DNA from: Lingula anatina
Lineage: Eukaryota; Animalia; Brachiopoda
Direction of reading: 5' to 3'
NCBI GenBank assembly: GCA_051362555.1
Contig: CM120644.1
Coordinates: 14,654,534-14,718,533, forward strand
DNA length: 64,000 nucleotides
Made by a program: the position numbers and the translations under genes
Notes under the pieces: model-generated
What the model saw: the letters and a program-made list of their open reading frames with translations, nothing else
Told to the model about the DNA's origin: nothing
The model's database searches: none
Part shown: positions 23,935-36,206 of the stretch, one piece after another
Layout of the letters: the number at the start of each line of letters is the position of its first letter
Position numbering within the stretch: position 1 is the first letter of the stretch

Positions 23935-25080
23935 TCAAGGTCCACTCAACTCTAGTTTGTGACTGCAGTTTTCAACTATCTGCTTTTCCAAATCATCCAA
24001 AACACTCCAAAATTTAAAGTCAGGTGCCGTGTGAATGGCCAACGGCATTGAGAGAAGACAAGAATCCTTCTTTAATTCTGGAGGTACTGTCAACCAAAAG
24101 TTTGGATTGTGGACAAGCTCAATTCCATATTCGTGCGCCAGTGTGGCTAGGTACACATCTTCAATGAAGAGATGTTTCCAAAACGAGGCTGAATGGAGGA
24201 CTCTGACGACTTCGAAAGAGGCTACTGTGGCAAACCCCGAAAGGAAAGCGGGATATTTACTTCCACTGTACTGCCTAAGTGACTGGTAATATTTTTGTGT
24301 TGGATTTCGAAAAGGAGAACTCCCTTTCGGGTACAAATAGCCTGTGAACAACGTTTTCATCTTGAAATGAAGACCCTTCAAGTATCGGATAATCTCGCGG
24401 TAATTTGCGATAACATCATGCCCGCACCTTAAGACAAATTTTGCACCTGCGCAGTAATCAATGGCCCATCGCATGGCCAGTAGTGACTTTAGAGTGAAAT
24501 TCTTGTAGGTGTCGTTAAATGTCATTTTGATGATATCTTTGTGTTCAGAGTTTTCTACTAATATCCCACGTTCTACGTCTGAATCATTTGTTTGGCCGAC
24601 GGCAAATACAGTCTTTATTTTCTCTCCAAGAACGTCTTTAACGCTCCCACACGTCTTTCGATACATGCCCCTGGTGATAAAATCACGAGGATCTGACATA
24701 ACTAACACTAGGAGGTACACGTCGTCTGTATCCCTGCATGGGCTGTTTATTATGTACCTGTATCTTTTAATGTGGTACCACAGGTCAGAATCATTTTTCT
24801 TTAGTTCACATACAATCTCTGGCACTATGCAATCCCCAAGACTAATCTGTTGAGTGTCCTCTTTAACTAATTCTCCTGCAGGCCTCCTGCTCAGATTTTC
24901 AGAAGGTTCCATCTGTCTGTTTCCACCTTCATCTTTGTTTTGGACGGAGGTATCGCCAGTCCTCGTGCAGTTCCAAAGAAAATATATGGCCAGAATATTG
25001 ATAACCACTAATAATAAGCAGATACCCGATCTGGTCTTCATTCCGATGTTTGTTTTGTCTTGCACAGCGCTAGAGAGCAT
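23935..25080 (-). CDS. GT31 family beta-1,3-galactosyltransferase-like protein (381 aa), the only intact copy; DxD motif altered
   Basis: Type II TM (ICLLLVVINILAIYFLW); GT31 motifs LLVLVMS..R..YRKTCG, EHKDII..FNDTYKNFTLKS..W..C..AKFVLRCGHDV, PFR..KYY, YPAFLSG, IEDVYL. Confidence 0.9.
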   Translation of the reverse strand: MLSSAVQDKTNIGMKTRSGICLLLVVINILAIYFLWNCTRTGDTSVQNKDEGGNRQMEPSENLSRRPAGELVKEDTQQISLGDCIVPEIVCELKKNDSDLWYHIKRYRYIINSPCRDTDDVYLLVLVMSDPRDFITRGMYRKTCGSVKDVLGEKIKTVFAVGQTNDSDVERGILVENSEHKDIIKMTFNDTYKNFTLKSLLAMRWAIDYCAGAKFVLRCGHDVIANYREIIRYLKGLHFKMKTLFTGYLYPKGSSPFRNPTQKYYQSLRQYSGSKYPAFLSGFATVASFEVVRVLHSASFWKHLFIEDVYLATLAHEYGIELVHNPNFWLTVPPELKKDSCLLSMPLAIHTAPDFKFWSVLDDLEKQIVENCSHKLELSGP

Positions 25081-25565
25081 ATATGATACCGTTTGTCACT
25101 ATATCTCATCAGCTATTCCGTTATATACTACAGTGTACAAGTACAAGTGTAGTATGTTATTTCCGTTTTTCTAGTCCCTTATATTATAATGGGGAGCACT
25201 GTCCGATATTCAAACACTCACAATTTCGAGTGCTGCTGTTCACTGTTATTTAAATAACACAGTGGACGTGGATGATTTACAACATGGTGTTCGCGCTATC
25301 TTTTATTCTTTATGTGGGTAATTATCAAAGCAAAGACGTCACTATTATATATGAATAAACAGGTGTATTCATGTGAAGATAAGGTTGTCAATGAGAAGCC
25401 GTAATAAATGTAAAACATTCCTGTGCTTAATAAATTATTATTATAAATGTAATACAAGGTACAGCGTATGATAGAAGTACTAGTATAAACAAAACAATAT
25501 GATAACACAACATCTCTCAACATTTTTCTTCGTTTAAATTTTTTCGTAAACCGTATTGTAGGCAT

Positions 25566-25635
25566 GGCCTGATAGATTAGTTGGTTATAGCGTACAAATA
25601 ACGCAATGTCCTGGCTTCATGCCCCAGTGGGACCA
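25566..25635 (+). pseudogene. Degenerate tRNA-Ile-like sequence
   Basis: Homolog of 17627-17688 and 61916-61989, with A-box and B-box remnants. Confidence 0.55.
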
Positions 25636-26130
25636 TTCTCTTTTTATTGTTATTTGTTGTCTGATTTTCTTTTTGTGAACAACTGCTCGATTCTCATTGT
25701 TCGGGGCCTGTTTAACAAGTGCTTAATGCAAAGCGCATATTCGGTTACTTGGACGAAAAATTGCAACAACTGTGAATTGCAGATTGGATGTACATGCACA
25801 CTGTGGTAGCCCTATGCGACTTCGATAGTTGATGAGCCGAAAATTTGGCCAATTTTTTTAAAATGAAGGATTGAAAGGTAACCGTAAACACAAATTTAGG
25901 ACTGGCTGAGTAAAACTAAAGGCAGGCCTAATTTTCCGAAAACGCAATTTGTAGACTCGCTGCTTTAGATGAGGCAAGAAATCACAATGGCGGTGCTTGT
26001 AACCGCTAAAACATTTACATACACTTAAGTTGCCCGATTAAGGTGTGTCTTGAATGTGTATTGATGAAAAAAAACATAAGTTGCATACGCATTTTACTTA
26101 GTAATCTGTCCGATAATTCAAACGACAGTT

Positions 26131-27293
26131 AAGAGTTTATTTAGCCAATTATAAAAATCTTAAATCATTTTCCATTTGGAGCAATATACAGAGTAAAATA
26201 ATAAAATAATACAATAAATAAATAAATAAATAAATTAAGAATTTAGTTTTGAGATCAAATTTAAATGCGTCACTGCACCTGGATAAAAGCTGTTTAAAAA
26301 GCGTTTACTGCCTTTAAAAGTTAAAAGTCTACTGTTGCTTGGTAAAAAAGTAAAAAGAGATGATGCAGGATGGAAAGAGTCTTTCATGGTGTTGACAATT
26401 CTTTTCTTCATCCTGTCTTTAAAAATATCATCCAGCTTGGGGAGATCCTCCCCGATAATCCTGCTTGCAGTTTTTACGTTTGTTAATTTCTTCCTTTCCT
26501 CCCCAGCTGTTCTGCTATACCATATTATAATTCCGTACGCTAGAATGCTTTCAATTACACACCTGTAAAAATTGACTAAAATAGGCACGCTATCAGTAAA
26601 AGTTCTCAATGATCTTAAAAAATACGGTCTTTGCCGTGCCTTCTTTAAATCTTTGCGGTGTTATCTTTCCAATTCAATTTACTGTTAAGGTGTATACCAA
26701 GTAGTTTAAATTCCTCTACCCTACTAACTTCAACATTACCAATGGTGAGTGGTACCTTTACATTCTGATTCCTTCTAAAATCCACTATCATTTCTTTGGT
26801 TTTAGTTACGTTCAAGATAATTACTCTCGCACCAGCTTAACACCGACTCAACAGATTCTCTATTTGTAGTCTCGTCATTATCAGTAACTAGCCCTACAAG
26901 CGTAGAATCATCCGCAAATTTCATGAGAAAAGTTCCGTCGCTTACACCAGTGCAATCATAGGTAAAAAGGGAGTAAAGACAAGGTGAAAGGACGCATCCC
27001 TGTGGTGCACCGGTATTTAAGACTGTTATTTTTGAGCTAAAGGAGCCGACTTTAACAGATTGTCTTCTATCTAAAAGAAAGTCTAAAATCCAGTCACAAA
27101 TAAAAACAGGTAGCTTAAGATGGTTTAAAAGTTTCAAATATAGTTTTTTTGGCACAATTGTGTTAAAAGCTGAACTGTAGTCAATAAATAAAATCCTTGT
27201 ATAAGAGTTTTTGTTATCTCAGTGTTGTAGTACAGTGTGTAGGCACAGATTAACTGCATCTTCAACATTTCTGTTAGATCGATAAGCGAATTG
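26131..27293 (-). mobile_element. 5'-truncated non-LTR retrotransposon (Rex1/Babar-like RT), frameshifted
   Basis: QFAYRSNRNVEDA, NTGAPQGCVLSPCLYSLFTYDC, KFADDSTLVGLV, FYRCVIESILAYGIIIWY; 3' UTR with AATAAA; CAGTT TSD at 26126-26130 and 27294-27298. Confidence 0.85.
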
Positions 27294-27796
27294 CAGTTGG
27301 TGCCAATATAACCTCGTGCAAGCTGCCGTATAGTCAAATGTGCATCAGACATTGATCAACCCGCACTGAACCAGTGTGGTTAGTCAACCCCACTCCAACA
27401 ACACGCAAAGCATGGAGAAGAAGTGTACAGCAGGGTTGCTTAACGAAAAAAAACGGCGAATACAAGCAAGAAATTGGGCATGTGGTTCCCTTTTGACATT
27501 CTAAAACAAATAACAGCCACACTCACCTGATTTCGATTCACAGCGGATCTTTTTCCCGCAGAGAAAGAGCGGTCTTCTCGAACTGCCCACACCCCTTGCC
27601 TACATTGTACATGTATATGTAATCCAGGCAAGATTGAACCAAGGCAGATTTTTAATCCGTATAGACCACGATCACCTGTAGACCAAGATATAATGCGGTA
27701 GAGGAGATAATGCACAAGTTGAGGAATATATTGCTGTTGTTGAGACGTGATTGCGGTATTGATATCTAATTGCGGTTGTTGAGACATCCAGGGTAC

Positions 27797-30700
27797 TGTT
27801 TTGGGTTAGAAAGAACATAGAACTCCTTTTTGTACACGGTTGGCTTTATTTTCGGTTTATTCAAAATTGCTGATAAGCTGACAGTTGATAGCTGATAGCC
27901 GATAGCCGATAAACGGTCACTAAATTAAAAATAAAAATACAATATAATATATTCAAAGTATAATATAAAACAATGATTCTCATAAATTAAAACAAGTACA
28001 CTTACATAAATTGTGGAGTCTATATCTTATAAAGAGAGTCATGTCCTTCTGTCCTTCTCCAGTAAAGTCTGTGTATGTGTGTGTGTGATCTCAGTAGGTG
28101 TGGTCTTTTGTATTCATGCCTCACATGAGTGAGTGACCACATTTCACATTTGCTTGACTGAACAGTTTTTGTCAATATTTTGTGGATCCCAGAACATCGG
28201 GAGGTTCTCCTCGCAGAGATACGTTATATATTTTTATCTCTGCGACACTAATTATTAAACATAAAGTTCAAATAACACACAACTCTTTAACTAATGAAAT
28301 ATATTCATATACTGTAAAGAAATCATAATTATATAACATCATTTATGACTTGTGTACTAATATATATATAATGTTGCATTTAGTATTTAAGAGCAATTAC
28401 ATATCCTCAACAGGAATTAATAAACCCAATCTTCTCACAGATCTCTCTACCTCAATATTCTTAGCACCCTTGTACTCATGAACTTTTTCTCCCACTCTAT
28501 AATTTTTATAATACTTTTACCCTTCTTACTAGACCATCAGTGCCAGGGAAAACTTCAGTAACCTTTGCAAGACGATATTCTCCCTTGAGAACATTCCTAT
28601 CAGGTACTAAAACAACATCTCCCACTTTCAAGTCTCGATTCCCTTTAAACCATTTGGTTTGATGGACAAGAGTGTGTGCAAAGAGATTCTTCCATTGCTC
28701 TCAGAACTGTTTCACACAGCCTTCCACTAAAGTGAGACGAGATCTCAAGGAATGATTTGCATCATAACCTCCAGGATTTCTAGAAGTAGATCTACCAAGA
28801 AGTAGAGAATTGGGAGTAAGGATATTGAGAGTAGAATCAACACTGGGCATCAATCCTATTTGTATTTCATTAAGCAAATCTGCAACTTGTGTAAAGACTG
28901 AGAATTTCAGGCACAGATAACCTCTGATTTTTCACACTAAGGTCAATTGCTTTTTTTAGCAGACTTTACCAATGATTCTACAGCACCTTGATACCATGGA
29001 CTGTCAGCAGGCCCAAATTTCCAATTAAGACCCACATCTGAACCTTGTCTCAAAAGAACGTCTTTATCTTTATTGGCCTATGCTCGTGCTAATTCAAAGC
29101 TAGCACCTAGAAGTTGAGAACCAAGATCTAAATAGATAACAAACGGCCATCCTCGAATAGCTGCAAAACGAGACAATGCCAACAAAAATGACTGTGTATC
29201 ATATCAAAACACCACTTCAATGTGAACAGCCCTGCAACAAAGATCAGTAAAAATGACCCCCCATGCTTTACCAGTAGTGGGTTTTTGAACTTCCCCCTTT
29301 ACCTGGTAGGGTCCAAATAAATCCAACATCACAGTGGAAAATGGAGGAGAAGGCATGAGACGAGCAGGTGGCATAGGGCCCATTTTTTGATCAACGTATT
29401 TTGTTTTGAGAAGTTTGCACAATTGACAATTGTCACAAATACTTTTGCTTAATTTTGCAGCATGAGATGTCCAAAATCGTAACCTGAACTTTGCTGCTGT
29501 AACATCGCGACCTTTATGACCACAATTTAAATGTTAATCATTCATAAACAATTTGGTCAAAGGATGCTTTCTAGGCAGTAAAATCAATGGTTTGTTTTCA
29601 GGTGTCAGTGGATTTTGATGTGCAATGCGTGTCCCTACTACCCATAATCCATTTTGTTTAACGGGCATCAAAGTACGGAATTGTGCTTTCACTCCATCAT
29701 TATACCATGCAGAATTCTGAGCATCAGATATCAAAAGCATTTCAGCCTGTGTAAGTAATTCAGGTGTAACATTGGACTTATTTCCTCCTCGGAAAGAACC
29801 TGCTCTGAAAATTGCCAAGATCCTAGCATAAGCCCATTTTATAACTTTCAAAGATGAACACCTAGGATAAGATGTCTCTGCATGGAGTAATGTGCCAGTA
29901 TTCACTGTTTTCAAAGATGCTTGGATTTTCTTCTCACCTCGAAGAAATTCAGACACAGTAGGGTTAAATTTCACACTCCACTGATATCGTGGCTTGTAAA
30001 GAAACTCTGGTCCATTGAACCATTCTGAAACAGGACCTAAATCACTAGGAAACCTACCTCTTGTGACCCAATCAGCAATACTATGCTGTCCACTAATCCA
30101 ACCCCAGCAACCAACATCCCCTGTTGTTGCTGCCTGGAATTCTCCAATACGAACACCCTCATATACACGGAATCGAGTGCTCAGTTTGTTAATCATACAC
30201 AAAACGGTTGCTGAATCAACTAATTGCAATATTTCAGAAAATTGAAATCTGCATTCAGATTCAATTACTTTTTTGACATAACAGCACCATTTAATTCCAT
30301 TTGTGGAATTGAAATACGATTCAAAGGTGCAATTCGACATTTTGCCATTACTAACCTACACCAGAAAGTGCCATCTTTCAAAGTCCACCTAATGTAGGCT
30401 GCACATCCATATGCGTTTTCTGAACCATCAGACAAGATGATTAACATTGGATCACCAACAACATCATGCACTGGTTTCAATTCATCAATCTGAAACAATG
30501 AACAGAAAAATTTCCTCAATTTGACATTTAATACCTCTGGAATAGCTTCGTCCCAATGTAGACGCATGTTTCTCTCAAATACATCTTTGCAAGTAAGAGA
30601 AAAGGTACAAGGAAGCCAAATGGATCAAATATTCCCATCACTTGCTCCAAAACTATGCGTCTGGTCAGCACAGTAGCTATTTCACCTGGAACCTGAGATG

Positions 30701-33214
30701 AAAGAAGGTTAGGTTCAGTACGAATATTTCTACGTTTCGTAGATTTCGTAGAGAAATTCAAACATGCTTTGAAAACAATAACATCATCTGAGGGAATCCA
30801 AGAAACGCCCAAAACTTTGTGGATTTCTGACTTAGCTTTAGGTACATTCTGACCCCCAAAGATCCACCCTTTTGTCTTAAAACCTCCCTTGGAAAAATAA
30901 TATCATTGTCTCTGGATAAGAGTTCAGCTTGAGAAAAGCTTTACACACTATCCACTATATCATCAACATAGGAAGATTCTTTGATGATATCAGCTGCCTG
31001 TGGACTGATAGAACAAAAGAAGTCAGCAGTCATGTCTTTTGCCTCAATTGCAATTGTACCTGCAGGCTTGTCTCCCATATTTACACGTGTAATGCACCAA
31101 ATGTCTGGGGGTCTATTTTCCATGTCACGCCACAAAAATCGGTGAGTATTTTGTTCTAACTTCCCCAGAAAAACTGAATTATACATCTTTCTGATGTCAC
31201 CAATCAAAACAACTGGGTTTTCACGGAATCTAATCAAGAGTCCTAGCAAATTGTTTTTGAATGTATCAGGGCCTTTTGCAAGAAATGAATTCAAAGAAAC
31301 CCCTTGGAAAAGTTGGCTACTGTTGAAAACAATTCTGACTGGAGTTGATGAATTTTGTGGCTGCTCGACAGCTAAGTGTGCTAAATAGAAGCCAGGGCCA
31401 TCCCATTCAAGAATTTCTTGCTGGGTCATTTTTCTAGCTACATCTATAGTTTCCATATCATGTATTTGTTCAGAGTACTTCTCTGCCCATTGAGGGTCCA
31501 TTTTAAGTTTTTTTCAGTACTTTTCAAAGTGGCAAAAACAGCATTATAATTGTCAGGCAATAATGTTGGGTCAAATAACCAGGGATATTCAGCAGACCAG
31601 CATTCACGTTCTTTGTCATAGTGCAATTTTGAAGTTATCAGTTGTAATTCTTGTTCCTCTTTAAAAGAATATGTATGTCCCACAGATGGACATTTTCCAC
31701 ATTTGCAAGCACCACATTTTGGATTCATTTCCGTTCCCATTTTCTCACCTAATATGAAAGTATCAATATTAGAGAGCTTTTCGGGAAAAATGTGACTCAC
31801 TTTTTGTTTTCAAAGAGTCTACGCTTTTGTGCCCATTAAAGGAGTCTGAAAAGACAATTTTACCCTTGCTTCTAGAAGGATTAAAATTCACAACACTCCC
31901 ACCCTTAGTAGGGTTTGAGAAGGGACCAGCAGAGCTATCTACAGTATGTCCCTGAGAGGGATCAGTAATCTCAACACCCCCACCCTTATAAGGGTCTGAG
32001 AAAGGACCAATAGAGGAAACTACAGTATGTCCCTGAGAGAGATCAGTAACCTCAAAACCCCCACCCTTAGAAGGGTCTGAGAAAGGGCCAATAGAGGAAA
32101 CTACACTATTCCCTTGGGAGGGATCAATTATCACAACACCCCCACCCTTAGAAGGATCTGAGAGGGGGCCAATAGAGGACACAACACCTTGACTCTGAGA
32201 GGGATTAATAATCATAGTGTCCCCACCCTTAGAAGGGTCTGAGAAGGGGCGGTTAAATTCACTGTGAGTGACTTTCATACAAGAAGAGTTCACATGCATA
32301 TACATGTACTGACAGATTTGCAGAGAGTAACTGAATAACCAATGCTGTTGGATTTCTCTGTTCGTTTTACTGTTCAATTAACTTATGATATCCTGGCAAA
32401 CATACACCCAAATCCCCCTCCATTACACTGAGGTTAGCACCATCAGACTCGATTTCTTTTTTTTTTTTTTGGATGTAAACCAAAATAATCCCCACCTAAC
32501 AATATGTCAACGGGTCCGTTTGGCCTTTGAAGAGTTTTTTGGATCAAAATTTGGAAAAATGTTTGCAATGGCAGTCTCACTTAACTGAGAAACAGAGCTT
32601 GAGAGTGTAGGCAAACAAAAGACTTCAACTTTCACTTTTCTACCACTGACAGTAATAAGAGTGACTTCATACAAATGAGTAGAAATTGTGTCTGTAGAGG
32701 GTAATCTATTCATTTGAATGGAAACTTTTCCAAATTTCTTTGCGTTTAGTTTTTCAACGCCGTTTTGAGAAATAAAAGTAGTATCAGCACCATCATCACA
32801 AAAAACAACAGCTTTGTTTTTGGATGGAGAAACTGGGACATCATATATGGCATAGAGTGTCTTACCATTACTTTTGGCTACATTGCTCTCAGCATGTTTG
32901 CTCTCCACAGAAGTGTCACCTGTATTATAGCCTTTATCTACAGTGGGTGCTTGCCAACACATCAGGGTGTGGTGGGAACATCTGTTACAATAAGAGCATG
33001 GACTATTTTCTTTGCAGCTGGCTCTTCTGTTGGAAGCAAAACACCTGAAGCATCTACCTGCTTGTCTGAGTTTTTCTTTTCTTTCAGGTACTGTGTGTGT
33101 GTGTGTGTGTGTGATCTCAGTAGGTGTGGTCTTTTGTATCACATGAGTGAGTGACCACATTTCACATTTGCTTGACTGAACAGTTTTTGTCAATATTTTG
33201 TGGATCCCAGAACA
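27797..33214 (-). mobile_element. Decayed BEL/Pao LTR retrotransposon (3' LTR 27797-28196; truncated 5' LTR 33091-33214)
   Basis: Fragmented ORFs give Gag Cys/His motifs (CFRC, CSYC..HHTLMC), protease FCDDGAD, RT GDIRKMY/YVDD, RNase H LSDGS/PQMEL/ADWVTRG and integrase LDLFGP/DLCCRAVHIE. LTR termini TGTTTTGGG...CCCAGAACA; many frameshifts; no clean TSD. Confidence 0.9.
31870..32250 (-). repeat. 81-bp (27-codon) minisatellite, about 5 copies, inside the BEL/Pao pol region
   Basis: ACCCTTA recurs at 31901, 31982, 32063, 32144, 32225 (period 81); translates as (PFSDPSKGGGVxIxDPSQGxxVVSSIG)n. Confidence 0.9.
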
Positions 33215-34307
33215 GTTAACATACATGAACCCGATAATATATTCATTTCAAGGTTTGTTCGTCTACATTAATACTAGCCACACTAGGCGAATTTATGAAT
33301 GTTTCCTCTCAAATTCATCTCTAATATCAAATCATGATTACTTATTCACAATACATTAAGCTGAAGACCCAGTACTGTATTTCATATAGGCCTACATGCT
33401 GCGTTAAATCTGTGTTAAACACCCCTGCTACTAGGTCAGTTGTATTATCAGTGTCACAACTGAATTCAGTCAGATAACAGCGATGAAATAATGTGTCACC
33501 GTGTCTGTATTGTCTGTATTGTACATAGAGATAACCCAAAAATTACTGCCTAAGATAACTTTGAAGTCTCCTTGAACACTAACGTCCACCTCAGGTCAAG
33601 AGAGACAACACATCTAATGGCGACTTGGGGCGTGTACCTGCCACAAAAAGAAATATAACTGGAGAAAGTGCAGGTAAATCCCACTCCTAATACAGTATAT
33701 TGTAATACATTACATTGGGAATATACATGTAAGTCAGATAATTGTATTATAACGTAGCGGGATGGTGCTTGCTGCAGTTTCTATAGGATAGTAAACATAT
33801 AACTCGTCGTTACTAAGTCCGGAGTGTAGTATGCACTCGTCAGAATAAATTCCCTGTGATATTTCAGTTACGTACTTTTTATTTAGAATTTTATCCAATT
33901 TTCATTTTCATTTATTTCATAATTCACTTGATTGCTTACGATAATGTTAAATTACATATCTGTATGTGTAGCTTCTTTTTCACCTCCACCTTTCTTTTCT
34001 TTTTTCTTTTCATTTATTTATTTATGCATTTTGTTTCGTGCTTGGATTTACTGCACTGATTTTCATTCTATTGATATAAACCTATTGTCACATATGCCCA
34101 ATAAAGAGGCTTACGGGGTCCTCAGTAAATAATGAACTTTTCTTTCATGTGTCGGCACTTGTCTTACTCATTTTAACATAAAGTAGCATACCTTACGTAA
34201 CATGCATTTAAATATAGCTTTTTGATATGTTTACCTCCATTACCAAACCTCCACCTTTTATCTGATGTATTTCATTTCTTTATTTTCATATTTTGGTCTT
34301 AGGAGCC

Positions 34308-36206
34308 ATGTCTCTATCCAAGAACCTAACACAAGATTTCCTAACATGCAGCATATGTCATGAAAAGTTCAAAGATCCCAAGGTCCTCAGCTGTGCCCAT
34401 ACGTTTTGCCAGCATTGCCTCCAAGACCATTTGGGCAGAAATTATCAAGGTCAGCCTGGCTTCCCTTGTCCTATATGTAGACGTCAGTGTGTCCTCCCTG
34501 GAGGCGGTGTAAGTGCTTTACATACAAATCATCTTCTGGTCAGCATATCACAAACACATGGTCAAGTAGAACAAGCCAAGGCTGCCAAGAAATGCAAGAT
34601 ATGTTGCATGAAAAATGTCTCCAATCCACCAACGGCAACAAAACGCTGTTTGGACTGTGAGGAAAGTATGTGTGGAGATTGTTCTTCGGAACATATGCTT
34701 CAAAACTTCAGTTGTGACCACAAGCTGTTTCCTGTCAATCGGTTTGAAAGCGACGAATACGTGACAGAGCTGCGTGCCCGGCAAAACGTCCTGTGTGACC
34801 ACAACAACAAAGACCCCGTAGAAATCTTCTGCCCAGTGTGTAAAAAGTTCATCTGTGTCGGTTGTATGGTTTTAGAACACCAGGGTCATGATTGCCTTAG
34901 AATCAACACTGCCGCTAACAAACTAAAGGAGAAACTAGAACTCTGCGTGAAGCCTATCGAGAAGAAAAGCCTACGGTACGATCACTTTAAAACCGCTGCT
35001 GAAAACCAAAAATTGTCAGTAGAAGAGGGAAGAAAGAAGGCAAAGAGTCAAGTAAACAAGCAGTTGGAGCAAGTTATTAAGATGGCCCGTCAACGTGCCA
35101 ATGATCTTCTGGGAGAAATAGATGCCATGTCAAATGCCAAATTAGACATTTTAAATGATTTAATTGCAACTGCTACCACCGAAAAACACCAACTGGACGA
35201 CATTGTAGACTTCTCGAGAAAACTCATTAACCATGGCAACGATATAGATGTCCTCCAAATGGCCTCGGTCTGTGAGCAAAGCAGTGAGAGCGTTCAGACT
35301 CTCGACATCCCGACCCTGCCCGCCGCCCTGACCCAGTTACAGCTTATCACCATCGACACGGAGGTGTGCGTTATCAATATCAACAGCAGTCTTGGAGATG
35401 TTGTTCCCGCCGCTAGTGGAAGACTAGTGACATCATTCAAAGTAAAACTGGCCAAGTCTCCTAAGGAGATAATTAGTCACGTAACCACTGATATAAATGG
35501 TGACACCCACTGTGGTATTTGGTGTATAGATGACAACGCACGGAGTAGAATCCTCATCTACGATTCCACCTTTGTCCTTCGGGGCACAATTCCAAACCCA
35601 AGAGCAGCAAAAAAGTACGCCTTCTCTGGTATTGCCATTGATGGTGACGGTAACATTGTCACTAAATGTCAGGGGTCAAGTGAAATCATTGTCTACTCCA
35701 AGACAGGAGATCGGGTGAGAGCATTCCACAGTGAATCACCAGAAGCAGTAGCGGTCAACAGCAAGGGTCACTATGTAGTGGCAGGTGGCAGTACTTTGAC
35801 TGTGCAGCGCAAGGAGGGCGAGGTCCTGCAGACGACACCAGACCCAGAGGGTCAATATATCAAATACATCCACTGTAACGTCAATGATGACGTCATCATC
35901 ACAGGAGATGATCACATCCGTGTATACGATGCCACACTCCAGTTTAAATACAGATATGGTTCCCAGGGTGATGGAGACGGACAGGTGAACGATCCGTGCG
36001 GCACATGCTGCTTGGATAACGGGGACATCATTCTAACAGACCTCAACCACCATCGTCTACACCTGGTGTCACCAGCTGGGAAATTCAAGCTTTTTCTTTT
36101 AACCAAAGAAAATGGACTTGTTAGTCCGAAAGATGTTGCAATAAATCGTCTCGGACAACTGGTAGTTGGAGAAAATAAAGGCGAAATTAAATTCTTCGAA
36201 CTGTGA
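34308..36206 (+). CDS. TRIM-NHL protein, copy 3 (632 aa)
   Basis: Intact paralog; gccATG at 34308. Confidence 0.95.
   Translation: MSLSKNLTQDFLTCSICHEKFKDPKVLSCAHTFCQHCLQDHLGRNYQGQPGFPCPICRRQCVLPGGGVSALHTNHLLVSISQTHGQVEQAKAAKKCKICCMKNVSNPPTATKRCLDCEESMCGDCSSEHMLQNFSCDHKLFPVNRFESDEYVTELRARQNVLCDHNNKDPVEIFCPVCKKFICVGCMVLEHQGHDCLRINTAANKLKEKLELCVKPIEKKSLRYDHFKTAAENQKLSVEEGRKKAKSQVNKQLEQVIKMARQRANDLLGEIDAMSNAKLDILNDLIATATTEKHQLDDIVDFSRKLINHGNDIDVLQMASVCEQSSESVQTLDIPTLPAALTQLQLITIDTEVCVININSSLGDVVPAASGRLVTSFKVKLAKSPKEIISHVTTDINGDTHCGIWCIDDNARSRILIYDSTFVLRGTIPNPRAAKKYAFSGIAIDGDGNIVTKCQGSSEIIVYSKTGDRVRAFHSESPEAVAVNSKGHYVVAGGSTLTVQRKEGEVLQTTPDPEGQYIKYIHCNVNDDVIITGDDHIRVYDATLQFKYRYGSQGDGDGQVNDPCGTCCLDNGDIILTDLNHHRLHLVSPAGKFKLFLLTKENGLVSPKDVAINRLGQLVVGENKGEIKFFEL

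Noticed and set aside
28197-28250. Hairpin TCGCAGAGATA...TATCTCTGCGA where the PPT of the older BEL/Pao is expected
   Set aside because: A single 11-bp inverted repeat in a decayed element; no basis for a function.
31870-32250. Regularly spaced repeats resembling a CRISPR array
   Set aside because: Whole 81-bp units are homologous with no unique spacers; eukaryotic retrotransposon context, no cas genes.
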